A DNA stretch of 16,773 nucleotides from Candidatus Poribacteria bacterium (GCA_046582655.1 JAYGDX010000288.1:1-16773); one strand, 5' to 3'. Positions 1 to 11,139 are shown, counted from the first letter of the stretch. Translations and numbers: made by a program. The notes: generated by a model from the letters alone, not told the origin.

Positions 1-95
1 TTGTCCCCGCCGGTCTTGCCAGGGTCACCCTTCTTGCCTGGCAGAAGATCTTTGATGCCTTCCCACTGGTCGTTTCGCAATAGTTTTCTGTTCAT
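1..95 (-). CDS. IS5-family transposase, N-terminal fragment (partial)
   Basis: Manual translation from ATG at 95: [31 protein letters not shown]. This matches the 'L.D.QW..I..LLP' N-terminus of IS5 (IS427/IS1031-type, DUF4096) transposases. RBS TGGAGG lies at about 104-110. Confidence 0.85.
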   Translation of the reverse strand, partial: MNRKLLRNDQWEGIKDLLPGKKGDPGKTGGD

Positions 96-154
96 ATGGT
101 CTTTCCTCCAATGGCCATAGAAGACACTAACGATGAATGAATGTTAACAGACCC
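1..154 (-). mobile_element. IS5-family insertion sequence, left end (runs off the window)
   Basis: Minus-strand end reads (CTA)GGGTCTGTTAACA with CTAG at 154-157, the TA/CTAG-type target of IS5-family elements. A GGAGG RBS and a transposase start follow. It truncates the phosphoesterase reading frame at this point. Confidence 0.8.
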
Positions 155-862
155 TAGGATCTGATGACTAAAGATGATAGCTAAATAATCATTACAGCGG
201 ACATCGTCTAGTTGCTCGCACAGCCATTGAAGTTGCTAGGGTGGAATATAACCCTCCGCATAGCCTTCGCAAAATGGTTTTTTGTCGGTTCCATCGGGCT
301 CGTATTGAGAATCAAGAACAATGAACCGCAATTTTTGTTCGGGATAATCGAACTGAAAATAATTTTCCGGAATGAATTGGTTGTCTTCGGGATAATGCCA
401 TATGGATCGGATACCATCTTTATCAATGGCACCGCAACATTCATGATTCCCCAACACGTAGTAGGATGGTCCCTTGAAGAACTTCATATTCTCCTTGTAG
501 GTTTCCAGGTTTCTGACGAATTCAGTTTCTTTGTATCGGGATGGGATACTACCATTATAACCTTCATGGATCTGATCACCATTGGATACGACGAAACTTG
601 CGCCTGCTCCGTTCATCGCTTCCGCAGAGGCTTTGATCCACTCGCTATGTTCACCAATATCTGGTTCCAAATTGTTCTTGGTTGTTGTATGGTGCACATC
701 ATTGATTACGCCAAACTTCAACTTTATTTCATTCGAATTCCGCTCTGCATGATGCAATTTTTGGGACAAGGCGGAGGACGAGAAGTCGGTTACCGAAGCA
801 GTTCCTGTCGCCACCGTCGCTTTGATGAACTGCCGTCGATTGATATTTGTCTTGTTGGACAT
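155..862 (-). pseudogene. Tat-exported calcineurin-like metallophosphoesterase, disrupted
   Basis: Twin-arginine RRQFIK after Met at 862, and motifs DVHH, GDQI, GNHE. In-frame TAG at 236-238, after which the frame continues QLQWLCEQLDDVRCNDYLAIIFSHQIL (typical QLxWL and IIFSH motifs) up to the IS junction at 155. The final GHxH motif is missing. Confidence 0.85.
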
Positions 863-1000
863 GACGATTCCAATATTCAAAGTTCAGTAGGAGTTTGGCT
901 TAACATAAGCCAATTATGCGATGCGATCACCTTTCGTTCTTCCTACCGAGTTTGAAAACTTTGTTTATTTGCTAGTTTTATTTTGACAGTTCAGATAGTT

Positions 1001-1034
1001 CATTCTATCACGATTATTGTACAGGGTAAAGCGG
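1001..1034 (-). promoter_or_regulatory. Repeated sigma70-type promoter, copy 1 (TTTACC-17-TAGAAT, extended -10 TG)
   Basis: Minus strand CCGC-TTTACC-ctgtacaataatcgTGa-TAGAAT-G. The same motif occurs at 6673 and 11680. It points at the phosphoesterase gene. Confidence 0.7.
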
Positions 1035-1232
1035 TGTGGTATTGGCAGGAATTGCTCACGGCAAATCGGGCGCATAGCACCCAAAAGGTGAAGACTCGCT
1101 ATGCCAGCCAAATTCTTAGTGGCAGGCTTATCTCAAGAGCGACAAGATGTTCTGTAGTAAGACACAGACTTGAGCCACTATCGTCCATGATGATCTTGCA
1201 TTAGATGGGTATAGAGTAACCATGTAAGGAGT

Positions 1233-1275
1233 CCTGATTACCCCGTATACGAGTTATCTTTTGCGCGGGTATCAG
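1233..1275 (-). repeat. Degenerate tRNA-Glu-like 3'-end repeat (att-like) plus inverted CTGATACCCGC motif
   Basis: CCTGATTACCCCGTATACGAGTT (1233-1255) matches 7018-7040 at 20/23. GCGGGTATCAG (1265-1275) is the reverse complement of 7008-7018. Confidence 0.7.
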
Positions 1276-1414
1276 TAACTATTTAATAGTTACCTACCAA
1301 TCAACCCATACTTTTCTTTTTCTTCAGCGGATAATTCGGGAGGAGCTTTGCTTTGGGAAATTTGAAGCAACGGGAACCAAGTTCTGATAATAATAGCCCG
1401 AACAGATCAGATGT

Positions 1415-3354
1415 CTATTTCCCTTGTTCCATCTCCAGCATAAAAATGGTATACGGATCACCACGAAATTCCTCCGGTACGACTAAAAGCAACCCCCAAT
1501 CTTCCTGCCTGACCCAACCCAGGGAGACATAGTTGACGTTATCTCGCGGATCACTTAAAGGCTTGGCGTTTTTTAGCGCTCTATCAATGACAGGTAAGCT
1601 GATGTTGTTCTTTCCCTGCCAATCTCAAATATGAACGTAGATAATGTTATCGTGCCGGGTAGTGACGTAACTGTCCGTGGGTTCAAACGGTCCAATCTGC
1701 GTGCCGTCTGTCGTTGTCCCATATCTGGACATCCATTGTTCTATTGCCTTTGACTCTTTATCGACTGCAATTGCGCTTCTCGTCTCCAGTTCAGTTCCCT
1801 TGTCTCGTTTAGGTTGTTTCCCAGCTGCACGAATCACACGCCTAATAACCTCTTTCTCGCCCGCGGACATCTCGATCATCGCTGGTTCAGGGAATGCGGT
1901 TTCCAACTGAGCATCTGCTCTTACCACCTGCCGGATTTGCTCCATAGTCTTCAGCGAGGCGGGTGAAACTGTCCCATCTTCATACATCAACAGGTTGAAG
2001 GCAATCGGCGCTTTTGTTTGTGCGGCGTGGCGCGCAATCGCCGCCGCCTTTTCTTCCGAGTAGAAAGGCGGCAGAACTTTGAGGTCGGGCTGATAGACTC
2101 CCCAGTCAGGACCATCCAGCATGATATTACCGGAGGCCTGCAACCCTTTGAAAGGTCCTTTCACAAATTTTCCGTTGATTACCGTCCCTCTATCGGTTCC
2201 TAAAAACCCCTCACCAAAGGAACAATCCTGAAACTCAGTAAACCGGCTGGCAATCCAGGAATTGCAGGCAACAAGTCTTTCGGAATTACCCGCTTTGGTC
2301 GCTTGCCCTAAGGTTTCGTAGTCAGCTGGGTAGATTACACAATCGTCATCGAACAGCCAACCCGCCAGTTTTTCACCATACCGCTCTCCCACCTCGGTTA
2401 TGATGTTTTTCCAATTCTTGAAGAACAGCGATTTATCGTAATTTTCCTCTACCCAATTCGGGTTCCAATTCCTGTCCCACCAGTTGGTATCGGGGAGATC
2501 ACCGTGACCAACATGATAGTAGAGAATCAGTTTAATACCCTGTTTGTTTAGTTCGTCGGCTATCTCCATAATAAGATCGCGCTTGGAGGTTCTACCCGGT
2601 AAAATCTCATCTATCGCCTTGATCGGAGCAGGGAAATAATAGGTCCTCCAGGTTGCTGACCAGACGACAAAACTCGTCCCTGTTTTGTCGACCATGTCGA
2701 CAAAAGGCAGCACCTGAAAATCCTGGGCAAAGCCAGGCCAGGTTTTCTTGTCACCCTGAGGAGGATAGGACCATTCGCCGGCCTGGAACATGATACCGTA
2801 ACCACTTTCTGCCAGCCAACTGGTATCAGAACGAAATTCGGCAATTCTCTGCTGATGATTAGCTTGTTCCTCTATATGCTGCAGCTCCAACGATTTGATG
2901 GCAACGTTGGCCTGATCAACCAATTCCAGGCGGAGGGTACTGGAACCTGTGGCGAAAGGCAGGACCCCCATTGCTTCCCGCTATCGGCAAATCGAAAGGT
3001 GATGTGTTCCAGTCGGCTTTGAACCAGTATTTCTGTACCTTCCTTGGCTTCTGCCAGCACGGTTATCTGGTAGTGTCCCGCGGTGGGGGCCTCCACTTGC
3101 CACTCGATAAATTCAACAGGCGATGTCCAACCTATTAGCCAGAACCGCTTGCAATGATATACACTCTGGGGGGAGAATTCACCTATGGAGGCGCTGCGGC
3201 GAGACCGTTCAGCCACCAGATAGTTGATCTTTTGTGGTGCTAATAGGATAGGTACGCAACCGGTTTGTTCTATCACAGTAGTATTTCCCCTACAGAAAGA
3301 ATGATTACTCATAATAAATATGCATAGGATGGAAAAGATGATTGGTTTCCACAC
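1415..3354 (-). pseudogene. Secreted alpha-L-fucosidase (GH29)-like glycoside hydrolase with N-terminal CBM-like domain, disrupted
   Basis: Signal peptide MWKPIIFSILCIF, a CBM6/35-like segment (IEWQVEAPTAGHYQITV) and TIM-barrel motifs GIKLILYYH and YGEKLAGWLFDD. Frameshift near the G5 run at 2965-2969 joins ORFs 2872..3354 and 1625..2971. An in-frame TGA at 1625-1627 falls inside IYVHI*DW (fucosidase C-terminal 'YvHvldWP'-like motif), and the frame continues to TAG at 1415. Substrate is uncertain. Confidence 0.75.
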
Positions 3355-3667
3355 TCTCTACTATACCTAACGGTCAAGTCAATATCAGGAGCCCAAATAC
3401 AGTTTTTCGTACTACAAAGAAGCTCTGATTCGAGCGGAAAACGGCACCTATGGTGCTCCAATTTTAGCCCAGATTCTTCATCCGCAAAAGAAATTCTTAC
3501 GATCCTTTTTGATCTTGATAGGGAATCGAATCATCATCAAGCGATAAATAAGAAATGAAAACGTTTGACATGGCAAGTTGACCACATGGTACGCATAATT
3601 ATTATATAGCGATGCAAATTACAGATCAACAGAAACAGAATTAGAAAAGTTAGGTTAGGAGTGGATG

Positions 3668-3706
3668 AAAAGAAAAAAGGGTGCCAACCAAGGGCAGTTG
3701 ATACCC
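3668..3706 (-). terminator. Possible rho-independent terminator just downstream of a tRNA-like 3' end
   Basis: Minus strand GGGTATCAAC-8nt-GTTGGCACCC imperfect stem followed by TTTTTTCTTTT. Confidence 0.5.
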
Positions 3707-3723
3707 ACTTGATTACCCCGTAC
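3699..3723 (-). repeat. tRNA-Glu-like acceptor-end repeat (att-like)
   Basis: TGATACCCACTTGATTACCCCGTAC versus TGATACCCGCCTGATTACCCCGTAC at 7009-7033, 23/25 identical. Confidence 0.8.
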
Positions 3724-3818
3724 CCGGTATGCGCTAAGATCGGATAACTTTGTCATCATGCACCGGGAAATTAGAATCCGACGCAAGCCAAGGAAACAAT
3801 AGTTCCCTTAAACTCAGG

Positions 3819-3922
3819 TGATACTGTACGGGAGTTGAACTCGTGAAGATAGTTACGCCGTTTTTGAAGCTGTTCTTTTGCGCTGGAAAATTATCCGACG
3901 TGTATGTACCGTCGTGAGGGTA
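3819..3922. repeat. Dispersed repeat: degenerate tRNA T-arm plus GTTACGC module
   Basis: GTACGGGAGTTGAACTCGTGAAGATAGTTACGCCGTTTT...CTTTTGCGCTGGAAAATTATCCGACGTGTATGTACCGTCGTGAGGGTA aligns with 7030-7129. Confidence 0.9.
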
Positions 3923-3978
3923 GATCCTATTACGGTGGCATTGAACTCAATGGGTTTATTGAGGCTATATGGGCTAAT

Positions 3979-5106
3979 TTAACTCACTCTGACTGCTACC
4001 AGCGTAATATCGTCGTCTTGCTCTTCATCCGCTGTATAGGCCTCCACATCATTGATGATGGTATCCACTACCTCTTCTATTCCCATCTCAACTGGGATGT
4101 TCAACAATACCTCATTCAACCGTCCTGATTCTTCGTACATTACACCTTTAGCGTTACGCGGTTCAGTGATACCATCGGTCATGAACAGCAACAGATCACC
4201 TGATTCCAAATCTACTGTGGTTGGCTTGTACGAGATGGTTGGAATCATGCCTAGTGCCAATCCTTTAGCTTGGACTAGTTCAACGGTACCATTGCGAATC
4301 AATAAAGGATAGGCATGCTGGCCTGCATTAGCCAATATCATCTGTTTCTTCTCAGTAGCAAATTGAGCCAATATCATTGTCACGTTCATGTCCTGTTCTA
4401 TACTTTGGCATAGCGATTCATTCATATCTGACATAATTTCATTAATTGATTGCTGATATTTGGCTGAAAGATTCAGAATACCGCTAGCCATTACGGCGTT
4501 CATAGCCCCTTTTAGCCCTTTACCGCTGACATCACCCACAGCAATCAAAAGTGAGTTTTCCTTCTGAAGATAGTCGAAGAAATCGCCTCCCACTTCTTTC
4601 GCTGCCATATTCCTACCAGCAACTAAGAGACCTTCAACATTGAGTGTGTTTTTGGGGAGTAGGGAAGCCTGTATTTTTTGTGCGTCTGATAATTCGGATT
4701 CTAGAGCTAAACGAGTTTCCTTTTCTTTTCGAAAACTACTTAATAGATCTTGATTCCTTAGATATGATCCTATCCAAGCAAGAGTTAGAAAAATGGCTGC
4801 AGGTAACATATGTGTCACAGGATCATCCAAAGTGAGGTGAAAAACGATTGCTCCACCCCAAAAACAACTCACCAGTAGAACACCCAAAGATGAGGTATAA
4901 GGAATTATGATAAGTAAGGCAACCACAAATTCTAAGAGACCAACCATTCTAATTTGAGAAGCAAGGTTGTTTTTCTCCCATAGAGCTAATTCTTCTGCTG
5001 ATAAAAGCCCAAAAATCTTAGCTGAAGAGGCCATCATCATAGTAGAACATAAAATGCCGAGAATCACCCAAGAGGAAATGTTTCTAATATTTTTTTTAAT
5101 ATTCAA
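3979..5106 (-). CDS. PP2C/SpoIIE (RsbU-like) Ser phosphatase with N-terminal DoxX-like membrane domain
   Basis: C-terminal motifs AQKIQASLLP, EVGGDFFD, AVGDVSGKG, NAGQH, FMTDGITE, DDITLV. The N-terminal ~120 aa has hydrophobic helices with a DoxX-like pattern (VGLLE...LLIIIP.TSSLG.LL....GGAI..H). TTG start with upstream GGAG. Confidence 0.9.
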   Translation of the reverse strand: MNIKKNIRNISSWVILGILCSTMMMASSAKIFGLLSAEELALWEKNNLASQIRMVGLLEFVVALLIIIPYTSSLGVLLVSCFWGGAIVFHLTLDDPVTHMLPAAIFLTLAWIGSYLRNQDLLSSFRKEKETRLALESELSDAQKIQASLLPKNTLNVEGLLVAGRNMAAKEVGGDFFDYLQKENSLLIAVGDVSGKGLKGAMNAVMASGILNLSAKYQQSINEIMSDMNESLCQSIEQDMNVTMILAQFATEKKQMILANAGQHAYPLLIRNGTVELVQAKGLALGMIPTISYKPTTVDLESGDLLLFMTDGITEPRNAKGVMYEESGRLNEVLLNIPVEMGIEEVVDTIINDVEAYTADEEQDDDITLVAVRVS

Positions 5107-5395
5107 TCTGACTCCAAACTATTATTTTCGGTAGAGTTTCAACCCCGAACAGGTTCGATTAAAAGGCCAATCTCTCAGGCATATTAGATTGTAGCAAAAT
5201 TGTGTTGTGTCTGCAATCGCCATTTGACTCTGGCTACAACAAATCTGCCTCTCATTACGCTAACCGTTAATTCTGCTTCTCGTTGGATTATTGCCTACGT
5301 GCTCTGCTTCATATAGCCATCCTCGTGCCATTATCGGCGATTCCTACAGCCTTGGTTTCGCCGTTTGCCCCTCGCTGAAAAAGTGGGGATAGCCC

Positions 5396-6522
5396 CTAGA
5401 TCGGGTTCTCTCCACAGATTGACAGCATCACCGAATGCAATTCTGTCATGGGGCCCTTTGCCCGAGCGTATTCCATCACGCCCTGCTCCAAAATCTCATG
5501 CTTGATGGTCTGGTTGCCTGCTTGTGCTACATCAAGCACCTGCCGCGATATGGCAAAAACGCCCTCGGGCGCGCACTCCTTCTTTAAAGTTTCCCCTCGC
5601 TGCCCCCCAAGTGCTCATCCTAAGCATCACTATCCAAGGCCGCTCGTACTCCACCGCAAACAATAACTCGTTGACAAAGCGCTTTCCATCGTCCAAGCCA
5701 CAAGCCTGTAGGTACCCAAGCGCAAACCCACGCCTGAAGTCTATCAGAGGGTATTCGGGACGCTGGTGGTTCATTTGTACCTCGCTGAAAAACCACGCGA
5801 TGTCCTCGGCAACGATCCCAATGCGGCAGAGTTCCAAGTCGATGATATGAAACTTGGGTCTGCCTTGTCTCCCCTTGGGTCTGCTCATCAACACATTAAG
5901 CCAGTGAAAGTCGCCGTGCACCAAGACCAGCCGCGAGCCCGGGTTCCTCATGAGGGGTAGGCGTTTCCGCAGCGCGTCGAACTCAGTCCACACGTCCTCC
6001 AACTCCTGGTCCTGCTCGCACAGGCCCGGCAACACCCTATCGAACTGCCAAGGGGTGTAGCACAGATGGGGACGACCCGTATCGCCTTGTCAGCGTATAC
6101 AGGAAGCTGGTGCATCCGGCTGAGCAACGCCCCGATTGCCACGGCCCGCTTGGTGTCGTTTATAGTCACATCGAAGGTGTCAAGCTAGGGGGCCATGGCC
6201 TGCCCATCGGAAGCCAGTACAGCAGTCCAAGCCCCGCTTTGCCGACGGCGCGGGTATACTGTACCAGTGTGGATGGCGGGGCGTAAGGTCCGTCCTCAAT
6301 CCTGCTTATCCATCCTTCATTCAAAAGTCTGACAAAATAATCACCATCGCCATCCACGCTGGCCTTGAAGGTAGCTCTGTTGCAACCAAATTTGGTAGGG
6401 GACACGATGACATCGGTGCCCTTGACGCAGTTTGGAAGCAGGCGCGCACAGGCTTCCTTGACTGCTAGGCTTTTAGATTCGTCGATCTTTTCAATAATTC
6501 ACTATTTTGTTTTTTTCGGCAT
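5396..6522 (-). pseudogene. APH/choline-kinase-like phosphotransferase, fragmented
   Basis: Three overlapping ORFs (6166..6405, 5948..6169, 5532..6035) carry GALLSRMHQ, LVHGDFHWLNVL and IIDLE. ATG at 6522 with RBS AAGAGG is followed by in-frame TAG TGA. A probable further frameshifted tail (QVLDVAQAGNQTIKHEILEQG...) ends at TAG 5396. Boundaries are approximate. Confidence 0.7.
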
Positions 6523-6672
6523 TTCCTCTTTCAACCACCCTATCATTACGAAGGATTCGAGATTTGTACTTATACCATACACATGTTCATAGGAATTACC
6601 ACGGCATGTTGCATTAGAGGATCAGCTGAACCATATAGGTAAGTTGTTGCTTACCTATATGACTTGCTCTGG

Positions 6673-6706
6673 CATTCTATCACGACTGCTGCCTCAAGTA
6701 AAGCGG
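6673..6706 (-). promoter_or_regulatory. Repeated sigma70-type promoter, copy 2 (TTTACT-17-TAGAAT, extended -10)
   Basis: Plus strand CATTCTATCACGA-N12-GTAAAGCGG, about 150 nt upstream of the kinase-like pseudogene. Confidence 0.7.
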
Positions 6707-6834
6707 TGGGATCGCTGTCAGTAATCTGGGTTGCAGCGAATCATGTCGGTACACAATGACGACAAGCGATTTGGCTGGTGACCACCCAATCCATCTCGGG
6801 GTACACCCTTCTGAATGGCGGAATATATTGGTGT

Positions 6835-6907
6835 GTTACGCTGTCTTGAAATCTGTTCTTTTGCGTTTGGAAATTATCCGACGTATTGTCTGTACCGCCG
6901 TGGCGGT
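6835..6907. repeat. GTTACGC module copy without tRNA fragment
   Basis: GTTACGCTG...TGTTCTTTTGCGTTTGGAAATTATCCGACGTATTGTCTGTACCGCCGTGGCGGT. Confidence 0.85.
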
Positions 6908-6954
6908 CTCGTGACTGGTGGAGGTAAGGGAAAGCCCCATTGGATTGTTCTGCC

Positions 6955-7032
6955 TACGAAGTATCAGGTGGGTACTGACCAATCCAAACTAGGTTATTAA
7001 ACACGTGCTGATACCCGCCTGATTACCCCGTA
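6955..7032. repeat. Imperfect inverted repeat incorporating the tRNA-like end
   Basis: TACGAAGTA-TCAGGTGGGTA (6955-6974) versus the reverse complement of 7012-7032, TACGGGGTAATCAGGCGGGTA; 17/21 aligned matches. Confidence 0.7.
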
Positions 7033-7049
7033 CGGGAGTTGAACCCGTG
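7024..7049 (-). other. tRNA 3' fragment (T-arm plus acceptor 3' strand), tRNA-Glu-like; not a complete tRNA
   Basis: Minus strand C-ACGGG-TTCAACT-CCCGT-ACGGGGT-A has canonical T-stem, T-loop and acceptor geometry. It closely resembles bacterial tRNA-Glu ends (CACGGGTTCGAATCCCGTACGGGTCA). There is no canonical D-arm or anticodon arm upstream and no CCA. Confidence 0.8.
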
Positions 7050-7055
7050 AAGATC

Positions 7056-7135
7056 GTTACGCCGTTTTGGTACCTGACCTTTTGCGTGGAAAAATTATCC
7101 GACGTAATGTATGTATCGCCGTGGCGGTACATACA
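7056..7135. repeat. GTTACGC module, most complete copy, ending in a 13-bp-arm palindrome
   Basis: 7089-7123 is identical over 35 nt to 13668-13702. Palindrome TGTATGTATCGCC-GT-GGCGGTACATACA at 7108-7135. Confidence 0.9.
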
Positions 7136-7289
7136 CGGGGGTATTGTCCCACTTCGACCGCCTTTGCTGCAGTTCTATACCGGTTTCTGATTCTGTGTTT
7201 CACTTATACCATGGCATCTGAATAGGCCACAATCTCTTCGATTAAACCACGTGATGTAACATTTCAAAGTTTCACTGTTCGAGTAAAGT

Positions 7290-8735
7290 CTAGGTCAACA
7301 ACTTTTTCAGTACCTTTCCGTGCACATCCGTGAGCCGGTAATCACGGCCCTGGAAGGAATAAGTAAGTTTTTCATGGTCGATTCCCAACAGATGCAACCA
7401 GGTAGCGTGGAGATCATGAATATGGGCAGAATCATTTACGGGACGATAACCGAATTCGTCGGATTCGCCGTAGGTAAGGCCAGGTTGGATACCGGCACCC
7501 GCCATCCACATGCTGAAGCAGAGCATGTGGTGGTCACGACCGTAATTATTAGCATCGTATTCCCCCTGAAGCATCGGGGTGCGGCCGAATTCAGTCCCCC
7601 AAATAACAAGCGTATCATCGAGCAAACCACGCATCTTGAGATCTTTAATCAGGGCAGCAGATGGCTGGTCAGTCTGGCGGCACTGGCGGGACAGATCTTG
7701 TGGTAGGTTCCCATGTTGATCCCAACCACGATGGTAGAGCTGCACGAAGCGCACACCTCGTTCAGCAAGCCGCCGCGCTAGCAAACAACTACGCGCGGCG
7801 CTTCCCGGAGTGTGCACCTCAGGGCCATACATATCGAGAACATGCTGAGGTTCACCGGATATGTCCAAAAGGTCGGGTACGGAGGACTGCATCCGAAATG
7901 CCATCTCATAGGCGCTAATGCGGGCATCGATCTCCGGATCTCCTACAATGTTGCGCTTCAATCTGTTCAGCTCCATCACGCTATCGAGCAATCGGCGGCG
8001 GGCCCTACGATCAATGCCCGCAGGGTTGTTGACGAAAGGAATGGGGGCACTGGTAGGGCGAAACATGACGCCTTGGTGCTCGGATGGGAGAAAACCACTA
8101 CCCCAATAGCGCGTGTGCAAGTTCTGTCCCTGGTTCATTCCGGAACAAAGCACGACAAAATCGGGCAAGTTCCTGCTGACGCTGCCAAGTCCATAGCTAA
8201 GCCAAGCGCCCATTGTCGGTCTTCCCGGTTGCTGTCCGCCACACTGGAGGAAGGTAACTGCGGGGTCATGGTTGATCGCTTCCGAAACACAGGTACGTAC
8301 AATGCAAATGTCGTCGACAATACCAGCAGTATGTGGAAGGAGCTCGGAAATCTCTGCGCCGCATTGACCATGGCGAGCGAAAGCATAGGGAGACCCACAG
8401 ATAATAAGCTTGTGACCGCGGATCTGCGCGAGTCGCTCGCCAGCGGTAAGCGAGGCGGGCATTGCTTGGCCATTGAATTCCACGAGCCTTGGCTTAAAAT
8501 CAAAGGTCTCGAATTGCGAAACCCCACCGCTCTGACAGATGAAGATAACTCTCTTTGCTCTCGGTGGGAAGTGGGGTTCTCCGAGGATTCCCATCCCTTC
8601 TTTCATTTGTCCCATGGCGGGGGAGTCTTCCGCCAAAAGCGATGTAAGGGCAACGGAACCGATCCCCGATGCGCAGCGCCGTAAAAATGCACGGCGCGTG
8701 AGACGAATTCTGATACTATCATCCAAATCATTCAT
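7290..8735 (-). CDS. DUF1501 family protein (Tat signal, sulfatase-like fold)
   Basis: TRRAFL Tat motif and family motifs HFPPRAKRVIF, GGVSQFETFDFKP, RSCLLARRLAERGVRFVQL, GWDQH, WGTEFGRTP, GRDHH, RLTDVHG. Starts 4 nt after the DUF1553 gene. Confidence 0.95.
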   Translation of the reverse strand: MNDLDDSIRIRLTRRAFLRRCASGIGSVALTSLLAEDSPAMGQMKEGMGILGEPHFPPRAKRVIFICQSGGVSQFETFDFKPRLVEFNGQAMPASLTAGERLAQIRGHKLIICGSPYAFARHGQCGAEISELLPHTAGIVDDICIVRTCVSEAINHDPAVTFLQCGGQQPGRPTMGAWLSYGLGSVSRNLPDFVVLCSGMNQGQNLHTRYWGSGFLPSEHQGVMFRPTSAPIPFVNNPAGIDRRARRRLLDSVMELNRLKRNIVGDPEIDARISAYEMAFRMQSSVPDLLDISGEPQHVLDMYGPEVHTPGSAARSCLLARRLAERGVRFVQLYHRGWDQHGNLPQDLSRQCRQTDQPSAALIKDLKMRGLLDDTLVIWGTEFGRTPMLQGEYDANNYGRDHHMLCFSMWMAGAGIQPGLTYGESDEFGYRPVNDSAHIHDLHATWLHLLGIDHEKLTYSFQGRDYRLTDVHGKVLKKLLT

Positions 8736-8739
8736 TGGG

Positions 8740-11139
<2,400 letters not shown>

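Noticed and set aside
212..955. 247-aa plus-strand ORF
   Set aside because: Antisense shadow of the motif-bearing phosphoesterase gene.
3566..3645. Plus-strand TTGACA/TTGACC promoter-like boxes with a tiny ORF MQITDQQKQN
   Set aside because: The spacing is suboptimal, the context is AT-rich and no credible downstream gene exists.
6815..7000. Short ORFs 6815..7000, 13577..13870, 983..1204 and 11569..11760
   Set aside because: They overlap the non-coding repeat or promoter modules, and the frames are not conserved among repeat copies.
7024..7100. Complete functional tRNA gene
   Set aside because: Only the T-arm and acceptor 3' strand are canonical. There is no D-arm or 7-nt anticodon loop at the right spacing.
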